The translations under genes and the position numbers were made by a program. A stretch of 64,000 nucleotides of DNA from Lama guanicoe. Lineage: Eukaryota. The stretch spans positions 3,380,071-3,444,070 of the forward strand of contig MU053810.1 of assembly GCA_013239625.1 (NCBI GenBank), written 5' to 3'. The notes below the pieces were generated by a model that saw only the letters and a program-made list of their open reading frames with translations, did not search any database and was not told the origin of the DNA. Of this stretch, positions 13,127 through 25,202 are shown piece after piece; the first letter of the stretch is position 1; each line of letters begins with the position of its first letter.

Positions 13127-13499
13127 CTTCCCGTGGGATGGGTGGGGGAGGGAAGAGAGAACTGGTTAAAGATGCAGCTTTCTAATTTCTGGGTAATTTG
13201 TTGTCCCCACAAGTTTTCAGAGTCATTTGTGTTTGGAAAAAGTTGGTAAATAGGATGACAACATTTTCTACTCATCAATACCCAAATGGTAAGGTTTTCA
13301 AATGAAATGAAAACAGTGATTCTGACGTCTAGAATTGTAACCAAAGTTATTTTGTTCACCTTGTTCTTTTGACTTGGACAAGAGTTCAGTTTTCCTTCTG
13401 GATAAAATTAGGCTCCAGCCACGAAAGAACCCTTGACGTTCACTGAATGCTTCCCTACACGACAGGTATTCTGTGAAGCATCATGCACTGAGGACTTCT

Positions 13500-13680
13500 C
13501 CCAATTCTGAGAACCTTCCCACGAAACGATCACTATTGGTATCACCATCGTGTTACAGATGAGGAGATGCAGATCAGAGAGGTAGAACAATCAGGCGGAG
13601 GTCACACAGCTAGTAGCGGGAAGAGACAGAATTCCATCTCCAGTGTGGCTGGCTCAGAACCCAAATTCTCAACTAATCAA
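13500..13680 (-). mobile_element. MIR SINE
   Basis: ttacagatgaggagatgcagatcagagaggt...ggtcacacagctagta. Confidence 0.7.
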
Positions 13681-15195
13681 CTACTCAAGCAGTAGATGCC
13701 TCCATCAGTAAACTACACTGCCTGTGGCTGCCCTGGGAGGGCCTCAGCAGGTGTCAGAAGACTATGATCTGGTCCCTCCTCCACCCCATCTCAGCCATTT
13801 TTCTGAGCATGATTCATCTCCTGGAGGGGATGAGGTGGGGCTCCTCTGGCATATTTCACTCCAATATCTAGTTATTTCATCCCAGGTTCACGCTATCCAC
13901 GCTCCAGCTAGCCAAGGCTACCCTCCTCTCACAGGTGACTCTCCTGTTTGAATCTCCTGCTTTCTTAGAGCCTCCAGGAAGTCTACCCTGCTTTCCCCCA
14001 ACCATTTTGCACTGGTCACCTGGACTACTGGGATTAGCAAACCCTAAGCATCCAAGGGGGTCCGGTCTTCACCTCTGCTACCTGTGCTCGAGTACTAAAT
14101 TCACTCCCCGCCTGGCCCCACTGGATGGCGTATGAGGGATTCAAAGGGAAAGACATCCCTCTTCACCTTCTCCAAAAGTGGGCATTCAGAAACACTAGTG
14201 AATCAAACCCTGTCTAGTTAAGGGGACACAGATGCCTTTCGAGAGGCAGGTGGTATCACCTCATCTTGACTGTCAAGGAAAGAGTTCCTGTCTGTCCAGT
14301 ATACTCAAGCCTCCTTATCCTTTCCTTCTTTTCCAGATGAACTTCAACAGGATTTGGCCGTATGAGGTCTAATTACACTGTCGTGGTGCAGGAGCTGGTG
14401 GACGCCCTTCTTGGGCAGAGGGAAAGGAACGTGTTCCTGTTTCCAGGACCCCAGCCTTGCAGCCACTGCCCTTACTTTCTGAGACAGCATATCCTGATCT
14501 GATGTGAGTGAACACACTTGCCAATTAACTGAATGTGCTTTCCTTAGCTCATTAGAAAACTCGAGAGAAGGGGAGGAAAATCAATGTAACCCCCAATGAC
14601 TTTAAGTAGCAGGATCTGGCCGTGTTCATTGATTAAGACAACTGAAATTAGCTAGACTGAGAATCACAAAAAGGATTTTCAGGATGAAAACGGAGATATT
14701 AAAAAAGTTTAGTTCTTTATATTGGCTTTTCCCTCAGAAATAAAAGTCTCCTTTACACCACTTCCTACGAAGAATAAAAAGGAAAAAAATCGAAGTGAAT
14801 GCACCTCTTTAGGGTTTTAAACACTAGCCAAAAAAAGCAATCACTGCTCTTGGCTAAAGGTCTGAATTTTTCCTCTCAAGCGTTAAAACAAGAACACTAG
14901 GAACGGTAAGACTACAAATTATTTTCAGGCATAAAAAAAAAATCAAAGCGAGAACAATCAACTTTATGAAAGCCAGGTGGACCAGGTTATAAACATCGTA
15001 AAACTGACAATACATGTAAGTTAACTTTGGGGGGGGGGAGGGGGAGGGGGGATTACTAAAGGGTACTCATATTCAGCAAAGGACAGAATCAGAGCAGCAT
15101 CAGTTCCACAGACTTTTTCTCAAGTGTTATTAGATACGAAAGTGCAGTGTTCCCTCATGGACCAGGGGAGAGAAGAGGGTTGAAAGCTGCAGCAT

Positions 15196-15350
15196 CAGTG
15201 CTTCTCAAACTCTAACGAGCACCTGAGTAACTGGTGAGGGGGGTGATCAGGTGAGAATGCAGATTCTGATTCAGGTGTGGGGTGGGGCATCTGAAGAAGC
15301 AGATGATGCCGATACAGTGGGTCTGCAGAGCGCATGTGAGAACCAAGAGC
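15196..15350. mobile_element. MER5A-like hAT-Charlie DNA transposon relic
   Basis: Starts cagtgcttctcaaact, contains aatgcagattctgattcag...ggggtggggc, and ends tgagaacca (degenerate TIRs). Confidence 0.7.
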
Positions 15351-16301
15351 ACCCGCACAGCGGCTCGACATGGTCTGTCCGGTGCAGAGCGTGGGGAGTC
15401 CAGTGAATTAACTGCTTTCTATACAAATGCACCTGCCTGAACCTCACCTTTCCCATTATAGTCTCTCCAACCCTGGTTTGGTTAAAATGGGAAATTCTAC
15501 AGTGAAGATTAATAATTCATTGCATTCACTGGATTCATTCATTCAAAAAATGTCTAATAATACCATGTTCAAAGCAATATATGGGCTTAGGGAAAGGGCT
15601 AGAAGGCAGAGTTGAAAATGGACTAACTCCTTAGCTCAGATGCTACCTCCTTCCAAATTCTTCACCTTTCCCTTCAGTTTCAAAGACATTGATAATTATT
15701 TATTACAGACTTTGCACAAGGATATTGGCCTCCCGTAATGGCCTGGAATACAAAACTTTACAAATTCTAATCTTCATTCTGCCTTAACTGAATTTTTCTA
15801 TAATCACCTAAGTAGTGCCAAGCCACAATTTCTACTTCAGTGGGTGGAAGAATTTTTTTCAAAGCTCTTGGTTTTCCAGTAACTCGTGAAGTTAGGAACA
15901 GACACACTTTGTCAAAATTTAGAACATATCTTTTATAATCACTATGAATATAAAAATACATGAATCAAACCTACTGAAAGCCTTAGGCAAGTAGACAATC
16001 AGAAAAGTGAACGCAATTTTACACAAAATGTGTGATCCTTAGAATGACTCTAAGACCTGGAAAAAAACATCCACATTGGTATTTCTTTCCACAACATATG
16101 AAAATAGAAAAAGTCAGGTGCATTTTCACACTTGAAGATAATGAAACTGGGGTACAGTGGGGTGAAGTGACATGCCTAAGACTCCTCTCCAGAAGCTTCC
16201 TGGGAGGTAACCAAAAAGGGCAATTTACAAAGACAAGGCTAAGCTTTTGCCTTTAATTAATTCCACAATCATCGACTTTTGAAACCTCTGAAATAAGGCA
16301 G

Positions 16302-16303
<2 letters not shown>

Positions 16304-16337
<34 letters not shown>

Positions 16338-16369
16338 TGTGTGTGTGGTGTGTGTGTGTGTGTGTGTGT
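16304..16369. repeat. Interrupted (GT)n microsatellite
   Basis: About 66 bp of GT units with two interruptions. Confidence 0.95.
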
Positions 16370-18739
16370 AAAGGCAGTGCTGAGTAAGGCAGGCTGCTGG
16401 TCTGGGACCTAGAAAATTCTCTCCACTCATCAGCCCTTGGAGACATCATTCAGCCTCTTTGAACCTCAGTTCCTGGGACTGTAAAATGAGGGAGGGTAAG
16501 CCCAGGGGAGAGGGCGGGCTGAGCTGGATTCTCTCCCTCAGACCTCCTGCAACTCTGAGAATGTATTTCCTCGAAGACATGGCACACATGGCCCTTCGAA
16601 GGTGATTTGATGTATGCCAACAAAGTCCAGTCAGAAGAGAGTCCAGCCACCAGGCGCCATCTCAGCAGGGGCATAAGGGTGGCTCAGGGCACCTGGGCCA
16701 GTGTTAAAGAGGAGATGATGATACTTCTTCGAGAAGCATGGAAATAACACATTAGAGTTCCCAGGGGCACTCAGGACGACTCCAGAAAGAACGAGGACAT
16801 GGATATACATCGAACGTAGCCATCGGGCGGCTGGGAAAATCTGCAACCTTAGGGAAACCGAATACTGAAATTCCTCAGCGCCCTTTGTTCTAAAGAAAAC
16901 GAGCACTGTGGCCTCACACAGGATGTCTGCGAGGCCAGAAACAGCCTGGGAGTGACCTCCAGAAGCCCCCAAAGGCCCCCTTTGTTTGTAAATAAATCTC
17001 ATAATCAAAGAGCGTGACAGTTGGAAGTAACCCTGGAGATCATCCCAAAGCATCCAATTTACAGACCAGGAAACAGAAACGCCTCGCCTGCCTCAGCTCT
17101 TTAACGTCCGAGTGGGGCGGGCGGGACACGTGGCAGGCTCTGCGGCCGCCCCACGCCTCCCACCAGCCTGCCTCCCCACCTGGGCTCGAGTCTGGTGGCC
17201 ACCACGCTGGGGTCCTTGCTGCAGACTTCTCCGTGGTGACCAGCACCTTCTGATCACAATTAAAGCCTGAGCCAGCTGGCACAGAGCCAGAGCTGCCTTT
17301 GTTTTCAGTTCTGCCAAGCAAAACATGTGAAAGTGTCATCAGCAACAGCCTCAGTGCTAGCGCAACCCAGAGTCCTCAACTTACGCTTCTGCTAACGTGT
17401 GCACAGAGCCCTCCTGACTCATTCCAGGACTGTTTATTACCTGACTTTAATAAAAGGAGGTCAGTCGGCAGTAGGAGCCACCTTGTCCTCAGGCCAGAGC
17501 TGAGACAGATGTGTGTGTGTGTGAGGACAGGCTTTAGTGTGGCTGTGTCCCGGGCTCAGGGTCCAACAGCCTGGGCAAAGACGGGGTGGAAAGTTGCCCT
17601 GGTCTCAGCACTTCCTCCAATCCTGGAGACAGTCGGACAATGTCAGTCCTATGAATGCTTCCCGTTTCTAACCATGTGGCACTGTTCTCTGTGTCTGTTC
17701 CAATTAATTCATGTGATTTGAGACTTGCTGGAGGTTTTCAGTCTCTCATGGACACAGGCTTTACCTTCAGAAAACTATCCCATCCTCTGCCTTTCCCTGC
17801 TTACAACCCTATGGGTTTTCTTGGCAAAGAAAGCCAAGGCTGAAAGGAATCATCTTTTTATATCGCGAATGTTCTGGGTTACTCTCTACAATACTAAAGT
17901 AAAAATAAACAAACAGAACAAGAGAAAAAAGAAGTTAAGACACATTCACAAGTTAAGACAAGATTTGCATGGAAGAAAGAATGTCGAGCTGAAGGCACCA
18001 TTTTAAAATATTCTTTCTCATCTTAACCACTTAATTTAAAAGGCCAAGTCTGAGATGAAGATCTGATCCAACCAAAGGCCTAAAAAGCACCACGTATAGG
18101 GTTGGCTTAGTCATCGTCAAGATAATTCCCATTTCCAAATTAAATATTCATTCTCGGGAACCTTCACCCTTACGCACCCTTATGTACGTCTTTATGAGAA
18201 AGCTGCCAGGTAAAATTACCCAGTGAAATCTGCCGAGAGTTTGGAAAGATCTGCTCTCATTAGAAAACAAATTCCTCGCCATGGACAAAGTTTAGGGGGT
18301 TATATATTCTTATAATTAGTTGACATTTAAAAAAATTCAAAATCTGAGATTCTGAACTTCTCAGTTCAAAAGTGTGAAAGTGCAAAACACAGTAGCTATT
18401 TGAGGTCAAAGTCACAATACAATATGAGGGCAACAAATACACATGGAAGTTGGAAGTAAAAATTTCCACTGGTTTTCTGAAATGTCCTAACAGAACTGCC
18501 CAAGTCTAGGAGCCAGGAGAAGAGCGGAGACTCTAAATCCACGACACACATACTCATCAGAGGGTTCTGAACATCAAAACCATCTTTCTCTGTTATGTTT
18601 AGTTTACTCACACTCTTGTTTAGTTTATTCATATTTTCTCAGGTCCACACCACCATAAGCAGAGGGCTGAGGACCTTTCAAGTTCCAAATGGCACTGATG
18701 TTGAAGCTGGAAGACAGTGTAATGCGGCACCAGACACGA

Positions 18740-18925
18740 GAGCTTTGAGTCAAGGCTGTGGGATTTGGGGCAAGTTGTTTAAGCTCTTTGTGCCGCAGTT
18801 TCTGTACCTGTTGATGACGAAAGTCATCACCATCAAAAGTCTGCCTGAGGGTTAAATTAGCTAAAACAAAGTTCCGGTAACAGTGCCCACAACACAGTAA
18901 CACTCATGAACGGTAGCTATTACGG
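18740..18925 (+). mobile_element. MIR SINE
   Basis: ggggcaagttgtttaagctctttgtgccgcagtttct...cagtgcccacaacacagtaacactc. Confidence 0.65.
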
Positions 18926-20229
18926 TAAATAGCAAATTTCAATCCCGAAGACATTTTAGAGGTGCAGATCAATATTAACAAACTATTCTGTAAGGTGGTC
19001 AGTCAAAAATGAAGATGGACTTGTAGAATGAGTTCTTCCGGTTGGCCCTTGATTCCTTTTCTCCCCACCCTGGCCAAGCCTCTGGTTTGTACTCAGTGAA
19101 AAATCAAGAACCTCCCCCTCCCCCTTCACATAGTCTCCATTTCACAGTTTACTTTCTACAGCTCTCAATAACCACCACTTACAGTTTAAAAAAGAACTTA
19201 AAACTTTTTACACAAAGAGGTCTGAAGTCAGAAATTCCTACCCCACAAGGCCTTCCTTCCATCCTTGGCCCCTGCTCACTGCCCAGCATCCTCTCCAGCC
19301 ACAGGGCAAGAGGGATGGTGGAGGAATGGTCATTTCTCTAAAGGAAGGAGAAAGTGCAAAAGGAGGCAGCCTGGAGGGCTGGGGGGACCCCTTCCCAGAG
19401 GAGGAGGAGGGGAGCAAAGTAGGCTGCCTGAAGATGCCAGCGAACTTGGGAACATCAGGGAGCCTGTTGGCTGGGCCTTGGGTGACCTCGGTGTAGCAGC
19501 AAGGATGAGGAGGGTGAGCAGGGGCTGGATGAGGGCTCGAAGGGAAAGATGAAGGTTTGGAAAAGCAACCTCGGGACTGTCGGTCTGGGAAGTCACTTAC
19601 GTAACAGGCTGGGCAACCACACAGACCACCGTCCCCTTCAGTGCAGAGCCTGAAAAGACTCAATTCCACATTTAAAACACAGATGTAACAGAAACCCGAC
19701 ATGGCAGCTGCCTACGGCAGTCACAATGGCCTTCCTTTCTTTGCTTTTCAGGCTTTTGGGTCTCGGCACGTGCGCTAGAAAGAGAAGCAGGGACAGGTCC
19801 AAGGCCATCAGCCCCCACCCCCGCCGTCCCCCACCTTACTCTGTTACCCAAGGATCTGCAAAGACAGTCAGACTTAATGGTCTCTAGGCTTCCCTCTTGC
19901 TCTACTGGTTAGTGTTCACTAGGAGTTACTGCTTTCAGGAGAGACTTAGAAAATGTACAATCATTTGCTATCAGTTGGGAGGGAATCTAATGATAAATGT
20001 ACACAAACTGCAAAAATCATGCTTTTATTCACTGGCCACCCTTTTCATCTGTACGTGTGATGGCTGTGTATTATGCACTATGTAATTCCTTAAATTCACT
20101 TGTTCTAAACAGAAATACTATTATCATAAGCCCTGACATCAAGAAAAAGGCAGCCAAAATCAATGGTGGAAGGTGAAAGAGGTCTCATATTGAATATAAA
20201 CTAATCTTAAACTCCAAATAGTCTTCTTC

Positions 20230-20620
20230 CTTAATGGCTTTACTGAGCTGTAATTCCCGTACCAGACAATTCACCTATTTAAAGCATACAAACCAACGGT
20301 TTTTAGTGTGGTTACAAAGTTAAACTACAGTGAATTTTATTTTATTTTATTTTATTTATTTTTTTGGTGGGGATAGTAACTACGTTTATTTATTTATTCT
20401 TTGAGGAGGTCCTGGGGATTGAACCCAGGACCTCATGCGTGCTAAGCATGTGCTCTACCACTTGAGCTATACCCTCCCCACCACAGTGAATTTTAGAACA
20501 TTTTCATCACCTCAGAAAGAAACCCTGTACCCATCAGCACCCAGTCACACCCATTCTCCCCTCAGCTAATATCTCCTTTTTGTCTTATAGATTTGCCTAT
20601 TTTGGATGTTTCATGTAACG
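20230..20620 (-). mobile_element. Old L1M (L1MB-like) 3' end, interrupted by a SINE
   Basis: tttactgagctgtaattc...aattcacctatttaaag...ttttagaacattttcatcacctcagaaagaaaccctgtaccca...atagatttgcctattttgga. Confidence 0.75.
20340..20479 (-). mobile_element. tRNA-Ala-derived SINE (Vic-1-like), long-tail form, with TSD
   Basis: GGGGAGGGTATAGCTCAAGTGGTAGAGCACATGCTTAGCACGCATGAGGTCCTGGGTTCAATCCCCAG. 16-bp TSD acYacagtgaatttta at 20324-20339 and 20480-20495. Confidence 0.9.
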
Positions 20621-21614
20621 CAATCACACAGCACTGCAGGCATCTGCAGCTCATCCAAACATTCTTCCTGCAAGTCTCCTGAGCACACTCCTCACCCCGA
20701 GGGACCCACTGGGTCAGCTGGAGAGCCTGGGCTGTCTCTGGGCGAGGGAAGTGACATCGTGGGTCCTCTCTGTTCAGTTCAGCGTGGCAGACACGTGACA
20801 GCCAATGGCCGGCCAAAGCCACTTCTGGGGAGTTGGGGACATGACAAACTGTTGGACACAAGTTAAAGTTCTAGGGCAAAGCTACCAGATGTCGGGCAGG
20901 TAAGAATAGGACAATTCAGTCCATTTTGCCTGACGATCTTGCCACCAGATAAGTAAACTCATTTTCCATCACTTCCATTTTCCATAGAGAAATACATCAC
21001 GGATCTTACAACACCCCATCTCAAACCTCAGTGGCTGTGTTTGAAGCTTGGGGGCCACGTGAGCCCTCAGTAGGAAATAAAGGCAGCTAACGAGAGATGA
21101 TGCTCACTCTTGAATGGCTCTCTCACATTTATAATTGGACATGTATTTCCTTTCCCTAAAGAAAGTGATTAATGGTGTTCGCCTTCCTCCCCTCTGACGG
21201 TCCTGCACCCACGCTATTTCCACAGTGGGAGGTCCGGGATTACTGGGGCCCCCAGGGAGGTGGAGGAAATGTCAATTTAATTAGCTCACCCTTACCACCC
21301 ATCTTTCCATACTTCTCATAAAAATGTCATGATTTATCAACCCTGAGGGTCCCCTATCCATCTTTAAAATACCCAAGCATTTTGAACATTTAATTCTCTT
21401 ACACATATACATTTGGGTTCTTTTCCCCTTCCGTTTTAATATGAGTTTGTGTTTCTGTTAAAAATTGTGTATGAAAGTCTGTTTAGTCAACAGAAAGGCC
21501 ACTGACAACCAAGTCTGCCCTGCTCAAACATGTAAAACCTGGCCCCTTCCAAGGGAGACACGACAATATCGTGTACAAGAACCTGAGTGACAGTCACCGA
21601 CCCCGGGACTTAAT

Positions 21615-21780
21615 AGATTCACAGGTTTGACAGCTGGGAGGGCCTCAGAGAGCCTGGCACCCTTCTTCCCCTCTCACAGATGAGAAGACTGAGACCCACC
21701 AGGGTTAAGTGACTGGATTAAGGCACAGGATCTGCCACTGAAGATTCAAGACTCAAATCAGCTTCCCAATTCCCAGGAAA
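21615..21780 (-). mobile_element. MIR SINE
   Basis: cacagatgagaagactgagacccaccagggttaagtgact. Confidence 0.65.
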
Positions 21781-22849
21781 ATGTTCTTTCTCCCAACCTG
21801 GGCTACCTATTTCACAGGCCTGAAACCTAGAAGCCAATCGCTGCCCCACAGACAACTCAGGCCTCCAGTCACACAGCCCAGGAGCCAGAAGCCCACACAT
21901 TTGATGGAGCAGATGGTCCTCCAGCCTTGTCAGGGAGGGAAAGACCAACACGCTTACATGAACATCACCATCATCAAGGATTCATTAAATGCCCACTGTG
22001 TTTCAAGCCCTGTGTTAACTCTCCTGGGGAATTTCAAAGAAAGTCTGAGCTGTGAGCCCAGGCGTGAGATGGCTTTCGTTGCGGGGACGGAGGGGGCGGC
22101 AAGACAATGCAGTTGAACACTTATCAATAATGAACCAACTAATCAGAAAAGGACACAAAAATGAATGGTAATGAGCTGCCGAGAAGGGAGAGTTGCAGGA
22201 CCGTCACAGAGCGAGAGCTCCTTTTAAATCTCGAGTTGGTACTTGACAGAGATGAACATACCACAGGCCTATGTCCCAGACTCCTGATTAAGACCCGGAC
22301 AGGAGCCCCCTGGGGGCGGATGATTGACAGTCAGCACTCAGCTGAAAATCACCAGATGTAGCCGGACGTGGGTTTAGGAGTGGAAAATGCGGGCCCACCG
22401 GAAGCCGGAGCTGCCAGGTGGGGACATTTGGGGGATGAGATGGGGCAGTAATTGGTCCAACACTTCAGAAGCAGCGGAAGCAGCACTAGGAACAAAAAGT
22501 CTGAGGATGCTGCTGGGCTGGGAAGGAATTTTCCCAAAAGTCTTTCAAGAGACTCGTCCAATCTGGGGGAGGCGGGGGGACCCTTTGGTTCTCAGCCCAG
22601 GCAGAGTGTGTGCCTGATATTCACAGTGAGGTTCATAGTAGTTCAGCTGAGAGGCCAAAGAGTGTGAGGAGACAGGGCGAACCCGCGACAACAGACATTT
22701 ACGCTGGAATAAAGGAAACAAATTCAGAGTGGGGACCTCTGTGCCCAGCACTCCCTGGTCCTCTGCTCCTGGCCCACGCCTGCCCCCAACCCCAGGGCGG
22801 TGATGATGACCGGCCTCACAGGTGCCTCCAGGTCACCTGCATGTTCAAG

Positions 22850-23390
22850 GCTAAAAATTCAACTTCCTCTCTCTCCTCCCTTGTTCCCACACTTCCCTCC
22901 CCCAGTCACCGGCACCCCTCGCCCCATCTCTCAGGGTCCAACACCCCCAGCTGCTAAGTTCTCTCTTCTCCCTGTCCCGGGGAGCTGCTTTCTGCTGGAC
23001 CCTGTCAGCGCTGAGGGCCCTGGTTCATGCCTCTTCTTCACTCGTTGGGATGTTTCACAGCATCCTAACTTCTCTGTCTCCCTTGTATGCATTCTAGACA
23101 CGACCACATGTCCTCACGTCTCCCCCTGCGTGAGATCCGAGGGGCCGCCCTTGGGCTGCAGAATCCAGCTGAGGTCTTCAGGCCAGTTCGCACTTTCTCC
23201 ACGTTCCCATCTTCATCTCCCCCTATCCGGCCACCGTCCAGCTGCTTCTCATTTCCTGAGCTCTCAGGCCTCCACGCTTTGGCCCAGAAGGCTCACTTCT
23301 CCGGGGATGCCCTCCTCAGCCCTCCCTCTTTTCCTCCACAAATATTTCTTAAGTGTCTGCCAAGAGCCGGGCTGGTGCTAACCTCTTGGC
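22850..23390 (+). mobile_element. Degenerate L2 LINE fragments
   Basis: Pyrimidine-rich stretch with degenerate L2-like motifs. Confidence 0.4.
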
Positions 23391-25130
23391 CTGCAGCCCT
23401 GGTAAACCAGCTCCACTCAGCTCCTGCCTTCTGACGGTTTAAATTATATTTGGGAAATCAACATTTGAAAACACCTGATAGACTTTATATTCTAGGGATA
23501 CAGGCACAATATACGTTTCTTTTAAAATAAAGTTTAGTATACTCTAAAGGACTTCAATACTTGAGAATTTTATTTTTAAACTTGAAACAAGAATATCGAA
23601 AGTTTAAAACGTTAGCTTTTAAAATTAGTTATTTAAAATTAGAAGTCTCTGTTACCAGTACAAAGAAGAAAGTGCAACAAATGCAAATAATAAGGGCCTC
23701 CAACTCAGGAGATGTGGCAGGGGAAAAGTAAACAGGGTATTACCCCCTACAAAGAACTGGAGGACTCCGTTTCAACTGCGTGGTGAGTTCAGCTTTAATC
23801 GCATCACTGGCGTCCTGCTTAACTTTCTGCTTTCTGGTGGGCCATCCTCTCTCGAAACTCAGAAACTTTAACTGAAGCCTGTAGTTGACTTCCCAGGCCT
23901 GTCAGAAGAGGTTCTGATCCTCCGAGAGACCAGAAAGAGGAAAGCAGGCATCCTTGAAGAACATTAAAAACCAAGGTGCCTGGGTCTCTGTAAATCTCAT
24001 TACCATCCAATACAGCATCTATCATGTAATAGTTCAAAAAAGAATCCCGTCGTCCTTTCTTCTTTTCTGCACTCCCTATAATGTCTGTCACAGAGCCTGA
24101 CACACAGTAGGTGCAAATAAACACACCTGGAGCTGATAATTGTGCATGAAATCACTCACCTAAGGGGACCAGAGCTTAAAGTGGCAGCCTCTGTGGGAGT
24201 AGTCATCTTAGAAAGATATCTTATCTTAAAAGAGCGGTAATGGGGAGTCATATTGTCCCTACAATGGTCAGAAGAACATAATTCAACTCCGAGCCTGTTG
24301 CAAACCAATGAAGTAATTGAAAGAAGTGCTAATAAGTCAGAGAGCATTCTGAATCTGGAAGCACTGGACAGACACACACACAGGTGTACATATGTATGTT
24401 AAGTGATACTGTTATTAGTGATGAATATTCTAGAACTGCTGCTTGAATTCATCTTTCACAGCAAGAGAAACAAGCTCTATTTTTAAAAGACATTCAAGAA
24501 ATCAAAGCCAGAGGAAAGACACAAATGTTTACGGAGACAGCAGGGAAGCTGTTCAGTTCCTTTCCAGAAGTCTAAGTTGGCTGATGGGGGTCAATTAAGT
24601 AGGCTAATTACTAGGTTCTATGTTGATCAGATTGATCAATACTGACTTTTTTCAGGTGCAGCAAAAACGCAGTCACGCACACAAGGCAGGTGGAGAACAT
24701 TCACTCATCTGACTTGATGTGAAGGTCTGAATACTAAATGAATCGGACAGCGGGGCTTCTTATCATCACAATGATTTAAAGCCGTTTGTCCAGTAAGCAA
24801 GCACTTCAGAAAAATAAACAGAGAAAGGAAAGGGGGACAGTGAGGAGCCTGGTCCCCCTGAGCAATCCATTGCCCGCAAAGATGATTGGACCCCAGGTCA
24901 TTCATTGATCCCACTTTTCAAACCAGATTGAGAAAGAGACTTCAGTTTGGTACTAGGTGTCCCTGAAACCTGTTACATGTTCTGGCCACAGCGAACGAAG
25001 TGTCTGGGCAGTGGTGAATCGATGCGCCGTGCAGCTGACGTGACCGCCCCTCCAGTCCTGACCTTGCTGAAAAATTTGTAGGAAGTATAGACGCTGGGAA
25101 AGGAGTGTAGAAATGAGGAGGGAAGCCAGT

Positions 25131-25202
25131 ACCGTCGGCCCTCTGTACCCGCGGATTCCACTACCCGCAGTTTGTGGACTCAGCAGATGTCAAGGGACTG
25201 TG
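25131..25202. mobile_element. Short MER2/Tigger-like MITE relic
   Basis: After TA, begins ccgtcggccctctgtacccgcggattcc (resembles the MER2 terminus) and ends agatgtcaagggactg. Confidence 0.5.

Noticed and set aside
12920..13249. 109-aa + strand ORF
   Set aside because: Antisense shadow of the 153-nt PIP4K2A exon.
22800..23434. 193-aa and 115-aa Pro/Ser-rich ORFs
   Set aside because: Translation of pyrimidine-rich, probably L2-derived sequence.
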